Source of the DNA: Utricularia gibba
Taxonomy: Eukaryota > Plantae > Magnoliophyta
Direction of reading: 5' to 3'
Length of the DNA stretch: 64,000 nt
Assembly (NCBI GenBank): GCA_002189035.1
Contig: NEEC01000013.1
Span: 2,108,001-2,172,000 of the forward strand
The notes under the pieces were generated by a model. That model saw only the letters and a program-made list of their open reading frames with translations. It was not told the origin of the DNA and ran no database searches. This document shows positions 25,127 through 47,433 of the stretch, one piece after another. A program made the position numbers and the translations under genes. Each line of letters begins with the position of its first letter. The first letter of the stretch is position 1.

Positions 25127-28100
25127 TCAAACGATATCCACTTCCACCGTGTCCTCATCGACTCCATCAATGTCCACAGTCTCTTCTTGGCCCTTGTACT
25201 GCAAGGAAGGAACCAGGGCATCCAAGAAGTTAAAAAAAAAACGAAATCAAGCATCGCAGGATATAGCAGTTTTCTGAAGATGGGTAAGCGAAAGAAACCT
25301 GTGCATAGGCATTCTCAGGAACTGGCGGAGGCAGAGGAGGTAGAAATGGCATGCTTGAGACTTTCACTGGGACTTCCGTCTTAGCTTCAGCAGGAGTGGC
25401 GCCAGTTGGCAATTTATCATCTGACTCTACAACATCATTTTCTTCATTCAACGCATGAGCAGCTATATCAGTTGATGGGAGGTTCGCTGTTTCATATACC
25501 TTGTACTGCATGATTCACCCAAAAAGTACACTACTTCAAGATTGTTGAAAAACGTTGAAATGTTAAGGTTAGTGGCATAAAATATCCTTACCGCACCTTA
25601 CCATTGGAGGCAGTATCAGGAGGCTGAGTTTCTCTATTGGACATGTGTTCGTGAACGAGGTAACCATTGCCATTGCGTGTGCCGTGATCTGACTCTGAAA
25701 CTCTGGAACTTTTCAACTGATCAGGGTAACTGGGCTGATGAGGAACGCTCTCCACTACATGTTTTCCAGCTTCAGCCCTTTCACCAACTGAATCCACTTA
25801 ACAAATCGAATTCCGTGAGTTAAGCCACTGGAGTGTAAAAAATTCAGATAACTGTTATCATGAATAGAAGCGCAGCAGGTGTACAAAATTCAGCAAAGGT
25901 TATGAATAGATAACTGTTATCATGAATAAAATGCTTCCGTAGTTCACAAAGCAGTCTTAATGAATTATAAAGGGTTCAGATGGGTATAAGTAATTGCTGG
26001 ATAGGTTAAACCATCCACAGTAAAAGGCATCTATTCCTTACTTTGGTTTTTCATATCATAATCAATGCGGGCACTCGCCCTTCTCTGCAGGGGTGATGAA
26101 TTAATCTGACTACCATGGAATGGGCTTACAGCATGCACGTTCCTTGCATTATCAACAAATGTGCTCATCCTATGTCCATCGTCAATAACTGGTCCGGCAA
26201 CATCTGATTCCAGCTGCTCAGCCAACTTCCGAAACTGGCCTTGCGACCTGAAACAATCACGACTAGCTATAAAAACTAGCTAAGAAAATACCCAAAAGAA
26301 CAAGCAGGAAGTGCAGGAATATACTACCTCATCAGTTCATCTTGTGACCTTAAGTAACGATGATGAGCTTTAAGGAATTTCTTGATCTTTGTAGTCAACC
26401 TGGAAAATAGAGATGTCAAACTAATGTATCACATCTTTTTTTTTTTTTTTTCTCAGAACACATGCCAAATTTATATAATCTGGATTTAAATAACTCGGCA
26501 TCTATTTTCCATTCTTTAATCGTCAAAATAACCAAGGAAACACACAATAATCAAAAACCTAGAGGGAAAGAGAAGATTTAATACAGTACAGTACCTTTTG
26601 CTCTCGTCTTTCTCTTTCAGCAGCTGCATTTCGAGCTCATCAATGTTTACAGATAAAGTATCAGCTTCTTTAGACTTGTCTTCCAGGTAACCCTATTGAT
26701 TTCAGACGGACATCAAGTGAATCAATGGAAGAGAAATGACTAAGCAATGAAACAGCATATCATAAGCCATCAAGTCAACCTCGAGTTCCCGCTTCTTCCT
26801 TTCCACCATCTTGATTTCAGATTGCATTTCCCGGAGCTGTGATTTAATGCAAGGAAGCAAGAGGAAGGAAAAATACCAATCACATATCGCAGTCAGAAAA
26901 ACGGAGTGGAAAATGAGCTAAATAAATGCCTTTTGGGCATAGAACCTGCTCATTAATGCGCTTTTGGGCATCAGAAGAAGTCTTTCTTTCTTTAGCTTGA
27001 TCGTCAGTTCCATCGGAAAATCTTCCAGACTGATCACTTTGATCATCTATTTGTTTTCTCTTTCTGTAGGAGCTCATGTTAAAAGAATAAAATGCCAATC
27101 ACATCACATTTCTACTCATCACAAGCATGTAAAGTTAGGTACAACAAAATACTGCCATGAACCCACATACCTTTTTCCAGAAGAATGAGGACTGTCTCCT
27201 GAAATTATTGAAGTGAAAAGTGATAAGAAGTAACAAAAATCAGACTTCTGCAGCGACTGAATGCAGAAGGATTAACGGACACACAGAAAACCTAACCACG
27301 AGATGAGTATGTTGTTCTGGCATCTCCTCTTCCAATAGAGTTGTGAGATGGAGAATGCCTTCGATCAAGCCTTTCTCTCAAGTCTCTACCATCTCGATAG
27401 TCTCTCCTCCCTGATATGGTTGAAGAAATTATAATCCACAGGAGGAAAAAAGAGACCACGGCACCAGAATTAGAAAACACAGTCATCCAGTAAACACATG
27501 AAATTTAACCTTACCATAGTAGGAAAGAATGAGTGTAAAATTAAGAACAGTTTTTGTGCCTTCTTGAAAGATCCCATTTGAGGGTCAAGTAATTAATAGC
27601 CCTTCTTATTGAGATAGACAAATATATACCATGAAGCTTTTAGACAGAAAATCCATCAAAACTATGGAAGCAACTCAAACAATAGATATCCTTCCCATTG
27701 AGCGATATAATAGAGGGCAACGTTCCAGAGTTTCTTTCATTTTCCTTCACTTGGAATACAGTGCGTAGTTGGACCACACTTATACTCTTAGGCACGAGAA
27801 CCAAGAGATTCCTTGCAGTTTGTTTCAGCAAAGGAATGACAGAGCACTTACATACAGCATGACAAAGTATGGATTGCGAATTTGGTTGGCGCGTCACAGT
27901 AACATTTATAGAGAAATCAGGTGAAGAAAATACCATCTCTCTAAAAATTGCAGAAATACCATGAAAGCATATGTCCGATCCTTTTAACAGACGGCTCTTT
28001 CAACAACGATGAGAATAAACCAAGATTCTGAACCGTCAGAAGATCGATCTATCTTAGTTTTTTAGAAGAAAAGGTACCCAAACTCAGGAATCACACTCAA

Positions 28101-28684
28101 GCCATCACAAATGCTGTGCAACCTTCCCTCGGGAAATAAACCACACAGTATAGAGCGATCAGCAGTGCACCCCATGCCAAATCATCCAGAGTATGTCATC
28201 TTCCTTATGCATAAAAAAGCGTACTAAGACAAAAAGATAACCCCATAGGAACACCCCTCTGTTTCAGTTAGGAACCTTGGCTCTGGAATATCAATGTTTT
28301 ATCAACATACCACTCAGGTTAAAAATCCAGCATTTCCTATTGCGATGTCATACCAGAAAAAAAAATCTAAATAACTCCGTTCAGTTCCCTGGTTGTGATT
28401 TATACATAGAGATCAAGACTCAGCAGTAGCACCTAAAATTTCGATAAAGGCATCGACTACACAATTAACGAAAGCCCAGACGATGAAAAATTCTTGATGG
28501 AACGCAGAAAGCCAATCATTTGCAGTATCCAAGAGGGAAAAAAAAAGAGCAACAAACCAAAATTACCACTAAAGGAGCCGCGGAGCTCAGCGGTGCCGTG
28601 TGCGAAATTGCAATACTGCCGTGTACAGCGCCCTCTTTGGAACAGCACACACAGCTTCGTCTTGTATAATTTCCTCTCCACCAT
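25127..28684 (-). CDS. CCCH zinc-finger/coiled-coil protein (rice C3H13 / At3g21810-like)
   Basis: MVERKLYKTKLCVLFQRGRCTRQYCNFAHG. Exons 28684-28567, 27410-27297, 27198-27171, 27063-26946, 26836-26780, 26692-26595, 26399-26328, 26246-26042, 25796-25597, 25505-25299 and 25198-25127. Conserved KIKKFLKAH, LPST..AAHA and ENAYAQYKG..EVDIV* C-terminus. The donor at 25597 is the least certain boundary. Confidence 0.87.
25846..25928. repeat. 21-bp direct repeat with an internal near-palindrome (AGATAACTGTTATCATGAATA x2) in a CCCH-gene intron
   Basis: Copies at 25846-25866 and 25908-25928. Confidence 0.7.
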
Positions 28685-30153
28685 CCTCCTCTTCTTCCTC
28701 AAAGATTCACGACTCCAATACCAAAATAGCCAACCCCGTTGTCCAGCAACAACTGACTTCCGACAATTTAGGGTTAGTGTGTGCTGCAGTACGGCCCCGA
28801 GAAGGGTAAAATCGTCACTCTCTCTCCCTCCGAAGGAGAATTAAGGGTTTCCACTCATGAGAGCCCATTTCCTAAGCTCAATAGACAAGAAAACCCAGAA
28901 GCCCAATCAAATCCAAACCCATTCCAAAGCCCAATAGATGAGAAAAATGCACAAGCCCATTTCCCAAGCCCAAGTATACAGCATATGATCAATTCCATTA
29001 TAACTTGGTAAATCATATGTATTCACATTATGCCTTTGCTTCTAAGTTTGTCACCAAATTTTTTCGTCACATAAACAATTGAAATGTGTACCCATATACG
29101 AAAAACATCGTCGTTGTCGTATGCTCGTCCCAAAGTCAATTATCTAAATGTAGTAGTGTTCATGGTTGACAAAATCCATATACTTGCTAATCCCTATCCA
29201 ACTTGTGGTATTTTTATGCACTATTGAACTGCCATCATAATTGATCATTAATGGCGTATTAAGTGATTAATCCTGACAGCTAATTATGTGTCATTAAGAG
29301 ATGTAATCACCTTCACCTTTTTTTATCTTTTTTCTTCTTCTTTTTTTTAAAAAGGAGCAGTTAGTGGAAAATATTGTTAAAAAGGTAAATCAACTGTTTA
29401 AGGTTCATTATTCAAGCCGTTGACCAACTTTATATGAAGTCAACAAAAAATTAAATAAATATAAAGACTTTGTCACCTAATACACCGGATACCTGAGTAC
29501 GTGGACCCGGACACGGCCACGCGGAAAGTATCTTGTGTTCCTCACCTATACACATAAATATATGTTAATATAATATTACTAATAAGGACGTGTGTTTGTT
29601 GGATTGATATGGACGGTTTGGATTCGAAACTAAATATTATTTATATGTTTGGTTGGTTGATTAAATTATATATGAATAAAAATATATCATTAAAATCATG
29701 CAAAAAAAATATAAAAATAACCCTAAAAGAGAATTGGGTTTTCCATATCCAAATTTGTTCCTCAAATAAAAATAAATCCATCTAACCAAAATTATTTCAT
29801 ATATATTTTATGTGCATCGTGTTATTTGATATTATTCAAAAATAAACGTGCATTATTAAAAATATGCGCATCGTGTTAAACTAACCTACTAAATATACAT
29901 TATTATGAATAATACACATACTAAAATTGTGTAAATTCAACAAAGTCGTGTGGGGAAAATTGGGTCAAAAGTCTATTTGTTTGAATCCGGGGGCTAAATG
30001 GAAACCCTAGATCCGATTCTTGATTTTTCAACGGTTCCTTTATTTCCAATGATGGATCTTGTCATGTTACATTACAGCAACAGCAACAAAAAAAATGATG
30101 CATGTCTTCAGAGTTTCAGGTAACTTGATTGCTAAGAGAGGAGGCCCCCAAAT

Positions 30154-31335
<1,182 letters not shown>

Positions 31336-31417
31336 TTTGCTTTTTCTTCTCAGCTCGATGTCTGCGTCAGGTAACCAAGCTCAACCTTCAATTTATGGAT
31401 GCTACCAGAACTAAATT

Positions 31418-31441
31418 ACAGGCTTTATGTCTTTGACTTTT
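31418..31441. promoter_or_regulatory. W-box-containing module upstream of peroxidase A
   Basis: ACAGGCTTTATGTCTTTGACTTTT; matching modules lie upstream of peroxidases B and D. Confidence 0.55.
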
Positions 31442-32227
31442 ACCTTTTCCCAATTGAAACCAGCACACGCCACAAACCCGTGGATTTTGACAAGATCTGG
31501 GTGACGAGATCACGACTCTCAGATATTAAATACAGAAGAGATTTCATGACGATGATGATGATGACCAGAACATAAATATAGAAATTGTCAAGAGTTTGAG
31601 GATCTCTGAGCAATTTATTTTAGTCTTCAGGTTGGGAATATTTAAATTGAACAGACTATGGGGGTATATTTGAGATTTCGACTACAAAACCACGTCCCGG
31701 TTACCACAATGACGTTGTAGTAACCCCTGCAATTTTTGAATTTACTAATTCACCCTTCTAGCAATTTTCTCAATTAGGGTGGAGGTTTGAAGTGCATTTT
31801 AAATACACTCAATATAAATAATTTAATTCTAAATTTCAAAATTATGCATAGATCCTAGAAATTACATTTTTTTTGTAAATATTTTAGTTACGAATTTATC
31901 AAATTGCATATTTAATCTTTTATGTTATCAAAACTAATCATTTTTAATCTTTGTAAAACTTTCAAAATCAGGAAACACAATCGTGATATAACACTAATAG
32001 GAGTATCATTTGATTCATTGAACTGCAAATACAAATTCGAAAAGTTATATCACTAAATTTTGTTGGATTTAAAATTTTTAAAATTATTTGGATTTTCGTT
32101 GCATGATTTTTACAATTTGATATATTTTTAAACTTGAACATTAAATTTTTTATAATGATCCAAAATTGAGGTGTTTTATTGTAAGTTTATCAATTAAAAA
32201 TATTTTTGTATTTGGATTACAATAAAA

Positions 32228-33473
<1,246 letters not shown>

Positions 33474-33547
33474 TGTTGGTGCAGTACAGCTTCTATGTGA
33501 TGCCTCCTATTTGTACCTGTTCCAAGGGACTGGAGTTCATGTACAGG

Positions 33548-33572
33548 ACAGGCTTTTACCTCGTTGACTTTT
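33548..33572. promoter_or_regulatory. W-box-containing module upstream of peroxidase B
   Basis: ACAGGCTTTTACCTCGTTGACTTTT. Confidence 0.55.
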
Positions 33573-35380
33573 GTTATATCTCAAGCAAAATCAACACACA
33601 CCTTCAAACCACGACCCCATCAACAATCGTACATACGTTCATTATCAAAGATAATATGTTGAAATTTATAATTTATTATTTTATTTTTAAATCTCTATAT
33701 GAGATTATTTGTATGATCATAGTGTATGTGAGAAAAAGAAGATTGTTAACTGTTTTTGTCAAGAATCACTATTGATTTGCACAATATTATCCGTTTTGAT
33801 CAATTAATTCTCATGATTTTACGTTTTTTTTTTATTTTAAAGAAAAGTGCTCATGTAATATTAGTAGAGTTACTCTATTTAAGTATACTTCCTTTCCGAT
33901 CCGTAACGTGGGATATCATATCGTTACTGAACCCCTTACATTTCATACGTGTAAGGCGAGGATGGGTGGTGACAGTTTTTCAAAATAAGGATTGAAATAT
34001 AAGACATACATAAAATAATAATAATAATATGATAAGAATTTTTATATCTTTTTTTCGATGTGTAACGTTTAACTTATGAATCATATTTGCTCTAGGGATC
34101 ATAGAAATGTGTTAGATACATGTATCCCGGTTTTAAATTTGCGAGAAAATTAATTACGAGTACGATCAAAGTATCAAACGAAGCTTCATTAAAACCCTAG
34201 TTTGCAAAGCCAGCTAATGGTTTCTGGAAGCCGTCGCCCCTACAACACCTAATGGAACTACGTTCATATGATCCGACCCTAAACCCGATCGACGTTGTTC
34301 GGATCTAACCAAACCCATCCCACCCGACCCAAGATGAGATCATATGATCCATACCCGGAACATGGATGCCAACGTTATGATTGGTCCCGATGTTCAAGAA
34401 ATAAGTTTCTGTCCGAAGAAGGAGAGGTGAAAGATGAACCGACAGGAGTGGACAAGAAAATACTTGTCCGGGGCCCCTACGAGGGAGCTAATGTGTAAGG
34501 AATCCCGCATCGGAGTAGATGGCCGGCCGTGCACACGCCGCGTCGGGTAATAACAAGTCAACTAGTGTTGTAGGACCTACAGACCTGCTCAATAAATGAG
34601 CACCAGGTTTAGAAATGGTGGATACATCCAAAACTGGAACCTCACGTTTTTTTTTATTATTTTTTAAAAATTTAATGATATTTATATAATTTTTTATGAT
34701 AGTCAATAAATTATTTATTCATTCTTACTAATTTAAACCACAAAATATATTATCTTCTCGCATATGTATTTATTTATCGATAATTCATAAATTTAATTGT
34801 TTCTGTACTTAAAACGTTTTTTATTCTGCCAATTTCAAATAATTTAGAGCATGATATAAAAGATGATGCTGCGGTTTTTTTCTTATGAATAACATTTTTT
34901 GTGTAAGAACTTGCGCCCACTCGCAATTTTGTGTCGATTCTATTGAAAATGTAACCTACCGAAATACCATATTTTAAAACAATTTCAAAAAGAGTACATT
35001 CCCTTACATTTGATCATAGATAATGGATTGATTTTAGGTATCCCATATATTCTTCACATATATCAAAAGCTACCATCTTTTGTTGATCCAGATTCTTTCC
35101 ATAGAACCCAATTTTTTTAACAAGGGAATTGTGCATTGGAATGTAATAAAATTTACGAATGCATTCGCATTATGTGATGATAACTTCACGTTATGGGTCT
35201 TATAAACCACCCCAGTTTCTCTTGATTTTCTGATGTCAAAGAAGATACTGTTGGAAACTTATGGGGGCTGTTTTTTGCACCATTTTGCCTTCTTTTATTC
35301 CGATTGAGGTCAATTTTTTAAAAGGGCCGCCATCTGGTTCTGTTGTTGGCCTCTTATTTCTAACACAAGAAGTATTGGAC

Positions 35381-36582
<1,202 letters not shown>

Positions 36583-38791
36583 GCTGCTCTGTTTCAACTC
36601 TTGCCTGATCCATTTCTGGGTGCATGAAGGAAGTTAAATACATGCACGGACATGCCGTACAGGAGGGAGCACCACCCCAACTTAACCTAAACCCCCCGGC
36701 TCACAGCAGAAATAATGTTTTATTCCGGGAATAACCAAGATAACTTATCCAGGCCGAAATTACTGTTATAACCTCATGTTGGACGGAGAAGCAGGGGTAA
36801 AAATGCAAAAATACAAATTAAGATATTCAGGGCCACAAAAACAGCTGACTTTAGGTATATTAAAAATATCTTTTAATAAATGGTTTGTATTTTATTTAGA
36901 GGTACTTTAATTTTAAATACCTTTCAAAAATACTTCTTAAGATGCGGTCAAATCTCCATAAACTCCCTGGGACATGCCACACCACTAGATCAAATTATCC
37001 CAATAAATGGGGCTTCTATTATTTTCATAAGTTTTTAAATATATTTGGTTTAATTTTTTAAAATTCTAATTTTTAACTGTTTTATAGTATAATCAGAAAT
37101 TCATATTTTATGATTAAAGTCATAAATTATTGAATTTATAGTATTCACATTTTATTTATTATTAAAAAAATTATATTATAATATTAGACTAATTTATATA
37201 TTAATTTTTTACTATATAAATATTTATATATTATTTTATTAAATTTTATATTATTATACAAAACAATTTTATAATGTGAAATTGATTCTATTCATATAAT
37301 ATTAAAATTAATTCTATTCTATATAATTTGAAACATAAATTCAAAATACATAATAGATCCATGAATCCCTTGTTTCCAAATTTTCATTAGTTTTCCTTCA
37401 TTAAATCCCCTTGACTGAATGGGATAATGTGATATTAGGTAAACAAAATAATTATAATATTAGGAATATCAAAATTTCAAAATTTTTAAATTGAATAAAA
37501 TTTATAAAGTATTGATATTGAAATTTGATATCCCTAAGATTTATAGTATGTAATGGGGATTTAATTACCTCACACTCATTTGACATCCTTCTCTATTTAC
37601 ACAATAGAATGAAACAACACCAATGGCGCCGGAGCTCCTAATCAACGACTCTCAACTTAATATTCAGGCCCAACAGCACCACCCAACCCAAGATATGGAG
37701 GTGAGCTCAAAAAAAAAAAAAAATTTATCGAAAAATTAAAATAATATAATTAATTATATTAAAAATTATACATTATTAATAATCGATTAAAATTATTTTT
37801 TTAAATATGATTTATATTTATTATGTATTTGAGATTTATAAATACGATTGTCGAATGTTTGAATTATGACATGATTTAAATAGTGAAAAAACAAAAATAT
37901 ACATTAAGATTAAATGATAAAAAATTAGATCGTTTTATAAATTGATCAAATAGTTGCTATTACAAAATTAACTATATCAAGTCCAATTCCACTTCAGAAT
38001 ATGTATTAAAGCAAACAATATAACATCACAAAATTAAGATTATATAGTGAAGTATATAATATGTTATTTATGATTATTAATCAATCAAATCTAATTTTTG
38101 TCGAATTTGTTAACTTTACACACAATTATTAATATAGGATCACAATGGGCGCCGCAGGTGGTTTTGTTTTGTGTTTTTCTAGGAAAGTGCAGTAATGGAA
38201 ATAAAATTTAATTCATGTTGGCTGTGGGATTGGTTGTCAAAGCGGATTTGAACTTGTGTCGCCACCAACCCAAGCCATCAGACGGGAGCATGCTGCTGAC
38301 CGCAAATTCGTTCCCAAACACAAAGTCAAGAGGCGTGTGGCAGCCACACTCCCCGTGAGAATGGGCCATAGATGCGTGTGGGGCCCATGCTTGATTTCTT
38401 GTCTGATTGGGGGCGAATGTTTTTTTCCCGATTTTTCAAAATATACGATTTTTATTTTGTAATATGTGTGTAATTTGTGAAATACGTGTAATTTCTCTAA
38501 TATTTTAGAATTTATTTATTTTTTAAAAATATATATAATAATTATATTTAAATAGAAATTTACAAAACCGTATATTAGATATATGATTAAACTATATTAG
38601 CCGATGCTCCTTAAATGTATTAAAATGCGTGTAAATTTAGTGGTAATTATTTTGTTTTAATTTGATTTTTATAATTGAAATTGAGTGTTGCTTTCATTTA
38701 AGCGGTCATTCATTACCTTAATTTCAGACAGGAAAAGAGCAACAAATGAGAACGCTCCATGTGTAAAAATGGAAACTAAGCGACCATGCCG

Positions 38792-39502
38792 TCAGGGACG
38801 GTAAGGGGACGGGGTGACCTCGACAACCACCGCCCGGCCAACGTACTTGGCGGCCATCTCCGATATCCGGTTTATCTGCGAACAATTATTTCCCAAGACA
38901 TGTAAAAAAGATGATCGAGCTGGGATCTCAAAACAGGATGATTTTTTTATATTTGCCTCGAGAAGGAGACGGTCATTCTGCATTCTGAGACTGCGTTCCT
39001 CGTCGGACATGTCCGGCACGGCGGCCATGGCGCCACAGACGGGGCACCGAGCGGCGCTAAGGGCTTCTCTGAACAACTTATTTTCTGCCCGAAGCTTCTC
39101 GTTCTCTGCTCGAAGCTGGATGTTGTCTTGCTTTTCATACTTCATCTGAAGACGCACCGTCTTATTTTTCTAATCTTTTTTCAATGCATAGAAACTCATT
39201 TAAAGGAAAAAAAAACCTTCATCTGGGTGCGTTTGTTCTGGAACCAAAACTTGACTTTCAATGGCTCCATGCCAAGCCTCTGGCTAAGCTCCTCTCTCTG
39301 CCTCTTACTGGGATGAGGATAATCCTTGAACACCCTTCATAGATTGTCAATTTAAAAGTTAGGAAAAATGGCATATCAACTAACTGAACTGTTGCATGAT
39401 CTATTACGCCTCCATTTCTTGGATCTGGAGCGGCGTTTGCCGGTGGTAACGGTTGCATCTCTCGGCCTCGCTTCCGCCGTCGCTGTGCTTCTCACGGCCC
39501 AT
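38792..39502 (-). CDS. Truncated class IV HD-ZIP (homeodomain plus zipper-loop-zipper, no START/SAD), 161 aa
   Basis: Exons 39502-39408, 39334-39217, 39145-38957 and 38875-38792. [61 protein letters not shown] and [13 protein letters not shown], then a stop after 14 further codons. Intron positions match HD-ZIP IV genes. TATA-like TATATTTAA near 39632-39640 and a 5'-UTR intron. Confidence 0.8.
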
Positions 39503-39991
39503 TTTCTGCGAATGCGGACAAAGTTTCAGTTAATCTGGTACGCCCATGCGACTGAGAATTTGAAATCTACTGTAAGTTTGTAAGCGACTCACCAACCGTG
39601 AAGAGCGAGGGTAAACAGAGGCACCGCAGAGTTAAATATAGTTGCGCACGAGGGAGGATCTGTAAAAATGGTGATTAAATCTGAAGATAGTTATTGGGTC
39701 GGTAAAAGGAAGCAGTAAAAAGGGACACCAGAGTGAGTTTTAATTAATGTTGAAGATTTGATGCTGTTTTTACTGGTGTAACATGATTTTTCTGTCCTTA
39801 ATCCGGGTAAAAGTGGGCATCTGATACCAGATTATTCTGCTTATTTCTGTATAAGTACGTTTAATTCTGCTGATTTGCTGGAGATAGACTCAAAATTCAA
39901 TATAGGAGCAATATGGGAGCACAAAATGCAAGACAAATAAACAACTCAACAAGCAAGCAAAGGCAATGTGTTCAATCTACTTCGTGGAAGT

Positions 39992-41192
<1,201 letters not shown>

Positions 41193-41321
41193 GTCGATTC
41201 TCAGAGCTTCTTCTGTGTAAGAGGATGTTTGTTATACTCTGCTTCCCTACGGAGCCTTCTATTTATGGACAGACAAGACGCCTCGGACCAAATGCGAACG
41301 CGGACAGCACAGGCCACAGCC

Positions 41322-41344
41322 ACAGCTTCATCTTGTTGACTTTT
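41322..41344. promoter_or_regulatory. W-box-containing module upstream of peroxidase D
   Basis: ACAGCTTCATCTTGTTGACTTTT, followed by a second TTGACC. Confidence 0.55.
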
Positions 41345-42809
41345 GAAACTTTGACCAATTACAAGTTGAGTGGCACACGACACCAGCTGTAATAATATCT
41401 TTTAAATTTCAACCAAATGTTTTAGATTTTTTCCAAAGTAAAATATTTCTAAAATGTTTTCAAAAATTCCTGAAATTTTTATTTTTATTCACATTAAAAA
41501 ATATTAAATTTTAAAAAGTTCAAATACTGGTGAGAAACCATGGTCCAATCTATTGTGACCATTTCTCAAGATTAACCATCCAATCCAATATATTCAATTT
41601 AAAATATTTCTATTGTATTCTAGGCAACATAGATGTTCTAGACCTTTTTACAGAATATGAAACATTACTTTATATTAATTACATAAAATAATGAAATGAA
41701 ATGTATTAAATATTCTAATATTTTTTATTTAATAATGAAAAACAAACACATCTTTTAAATAGGTATAGTTAGGATTACAAATTATAGCATGTTTGTTTCA
41801 TTTGTTTAAATGAATTCAAAATTACGAGAATTTTTGTTGATTCCGATTTATTTAAAATCAAAACTCTATCTTATTTTACTTAATACTGCTTCTAATGTTA
41901 TTAATTGAACACTATCTAAACAAATAATTTATGTATTTCAATTTTATTTAAATCTAATTGAATTAATTTTTTATTTTAATTTCATCAACTAAATAATCCC
42001 TTACTTATTTCCAATAATATTATACTAATATGAGCGTTTTGGTAACACCTAATAATTAATTATAATTTAATCAATAGACAAATTTTATCAAATCTTTTAG
42101 TTTTGTGAATATTTAATTTCGTCCCAAACAAATGAAAATTGTGTATCAAATCAAATCGGTGGGCGAATTGGAGGGTAAGTATGTAAATATGAAAGAGAGG
42201 TGTCGGCTGGCGCGTTAATAGGAGGTCAAATAGGACTTTGCAAGAAGGATTATGGAAATCTAGTGGGAGTGTGAGGACCACGTTCCAGATATTCTCTTCA
42301 ACCTCCGATTTCATTTAAATCATCATTTTTATTTTTCAAATATTTAAAATTAATTTTTAGGAATTAATTCAATTTTAATGGTTTGTAAAAATTGATTTTG
42401 AGATATCAAAATTAACTCATATTTTTAGAAACAGTTATCACTATTATTTCAATGAATTACAATTATAATATTTGAATTATGATTCTAATATAAATAATAT
42501 GTATATAATTTATTTCTAAAAACTATTTTTTTATTTTTTATTTTTAAAACAACCTAGACATATTCAATTCCTATTTTTGTAAAATTATTAATTGTGAATT
42601 TTTGCCTTTTGTTTCTCGATGGCTATGCTTTTTATTATGCAATTTAATTATTAGAACACAGGAGAAGAAGTCGCATGGGAGGGAATGCTTCTTATTGGCA
42701 AGATGACAAAACTCTTGGCGAGCAGCAGCAGCCCTTCGGGGACTCGGGGGGAGACATGAGCCTTGAAAACCTTGTTTTGAGGTGGGAAACATGGCGTTGC
42801 TCTGTCACC

Positions 42810-43729
42810 TTAGATTCTCTTTTTTCTGCTGACGCCACTTCTTCTATGGGTTGCAGAGGTTTTGCCCCAGCGGGGAAGCATCCCGCGCAGCAAAGCCAGG
42901 AGGGCGAAGCCCAGAAAAGGAAAGTACATCATGAACAGTTTATCAGATGCTCGGTTGGAGAACTTCAATTCGGCTAGTATTGCCACCTGAAATGCAGAAG
43001 AGATTATTCAGAAACTAGGCCTGAAACATCAAGATTAGGATAGTGGTCTCCAGAATTCACAAGCATCTCTGTGGGTTGAACTATTGAATCAAAGGGATCC
43101 AAAATGAGCATTGTGATGCTAGTTTGCAATCCCCCAGTAATCAAAAGCTTGCTGTTAATGTGTTAAAAATTAGTGGCATCAAAGGATTCAACCATTGCTG
43201 AAGAACAGGGGAATGAGGGATCTTGAATTCGAGGGTCTAAAAGCTAAGGCATGGAATGCGGGAATTTCCTATCACAAAACATGCCCAAGAACCAGCTTGG
43301 TCGCGATTACGCATCATGGTCATCGAATAGCAACAATGCAATTAATCAGTTGCAGAAAAGGGAATAAAAACCATTTTTTAACCTATAATTCGAGGAGTTT
43401 CTTACCATGGATGTGAGAGTTGAGGCGCCATACATCAAACAGGTTGTACTGAGCCAGGATTTACGAGTAGCAATGGCATAAAAGTTGGCAATAGAAAGAG
43501 GCCACTGGAATAGAAGCTCCAGCCACACAATCCCGACAAAGAAATGCGGTTTCTCCGATACCAGATAGTCGCCGTATTCCCGCGAGTACCAGCTCTTGAG
43601 CTCCACCAGAAACGACGGAAACAGGTGCGCCGGAAGACACGTCTGGCCGTCTACCAGCGGCGCCACGACGGCGATGAAGAGGAAGAAGACTAAGAGCACC
43701 GTGTCTATCAGGCCGCAGAGGAACCCCAT
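42810..43729 (-). CDS. EXPERA-domain membrane protein (TMEM97/sigma-2 receptor-like)
   Basis: Exons 43729-43406 and 42986-42810: FFLFIAVVAPLVDGQTCLP..EYGDYLVSEKPHFFVGIVWLELLFQWPL..YGASTLTSM/VAILAEL..YFPFLGFALLALLRG, with a basic ER-retrieval-like tail RKKRI. Confidence 0.88.
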
Positions 43730-44036
43730 CCGCAAACGTGAATCAATCCACAAGATTCTCGAAAGGGGATCTGAGGAGGTGACCGATTCTTGAACATTCG
43801 AATTGCAGCTGCCATTTTGAAAATTTCTATATTTGTATAATCACCCTTCTACTTTATTGAATCCCATTTAAAACCCCTAGTCAAGCAAGTCACCAGGTAT
43901 ATAAACTCTTAGAAAATTCCAAAACGACCTTTAATTTCTTAGTATAATGCAATTGGATCACCTATTATTTACTTCTCAACCCATGTAAATCTATTTATTT
44001 CCACTTTTGCGCCCAATCTCAAAACAATTGTGTTGT

Positions 44037-47433
<3,397 letters not shown>

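Noticed and set aside
29580-29950. Possible MITE starting GTGTGTTTGTTGG
   Set aside because: No convincing matching terminal inverted repeat or target-site duplication.
34200-34620. Possible solo-LTR or TE fragment between peroxidases B and C (TGTAAGGAATCCCGCATCGG)
   Set aside because: Only resembles common LTR starts; no second LTR, PBS, PPT or target-site duplication found.
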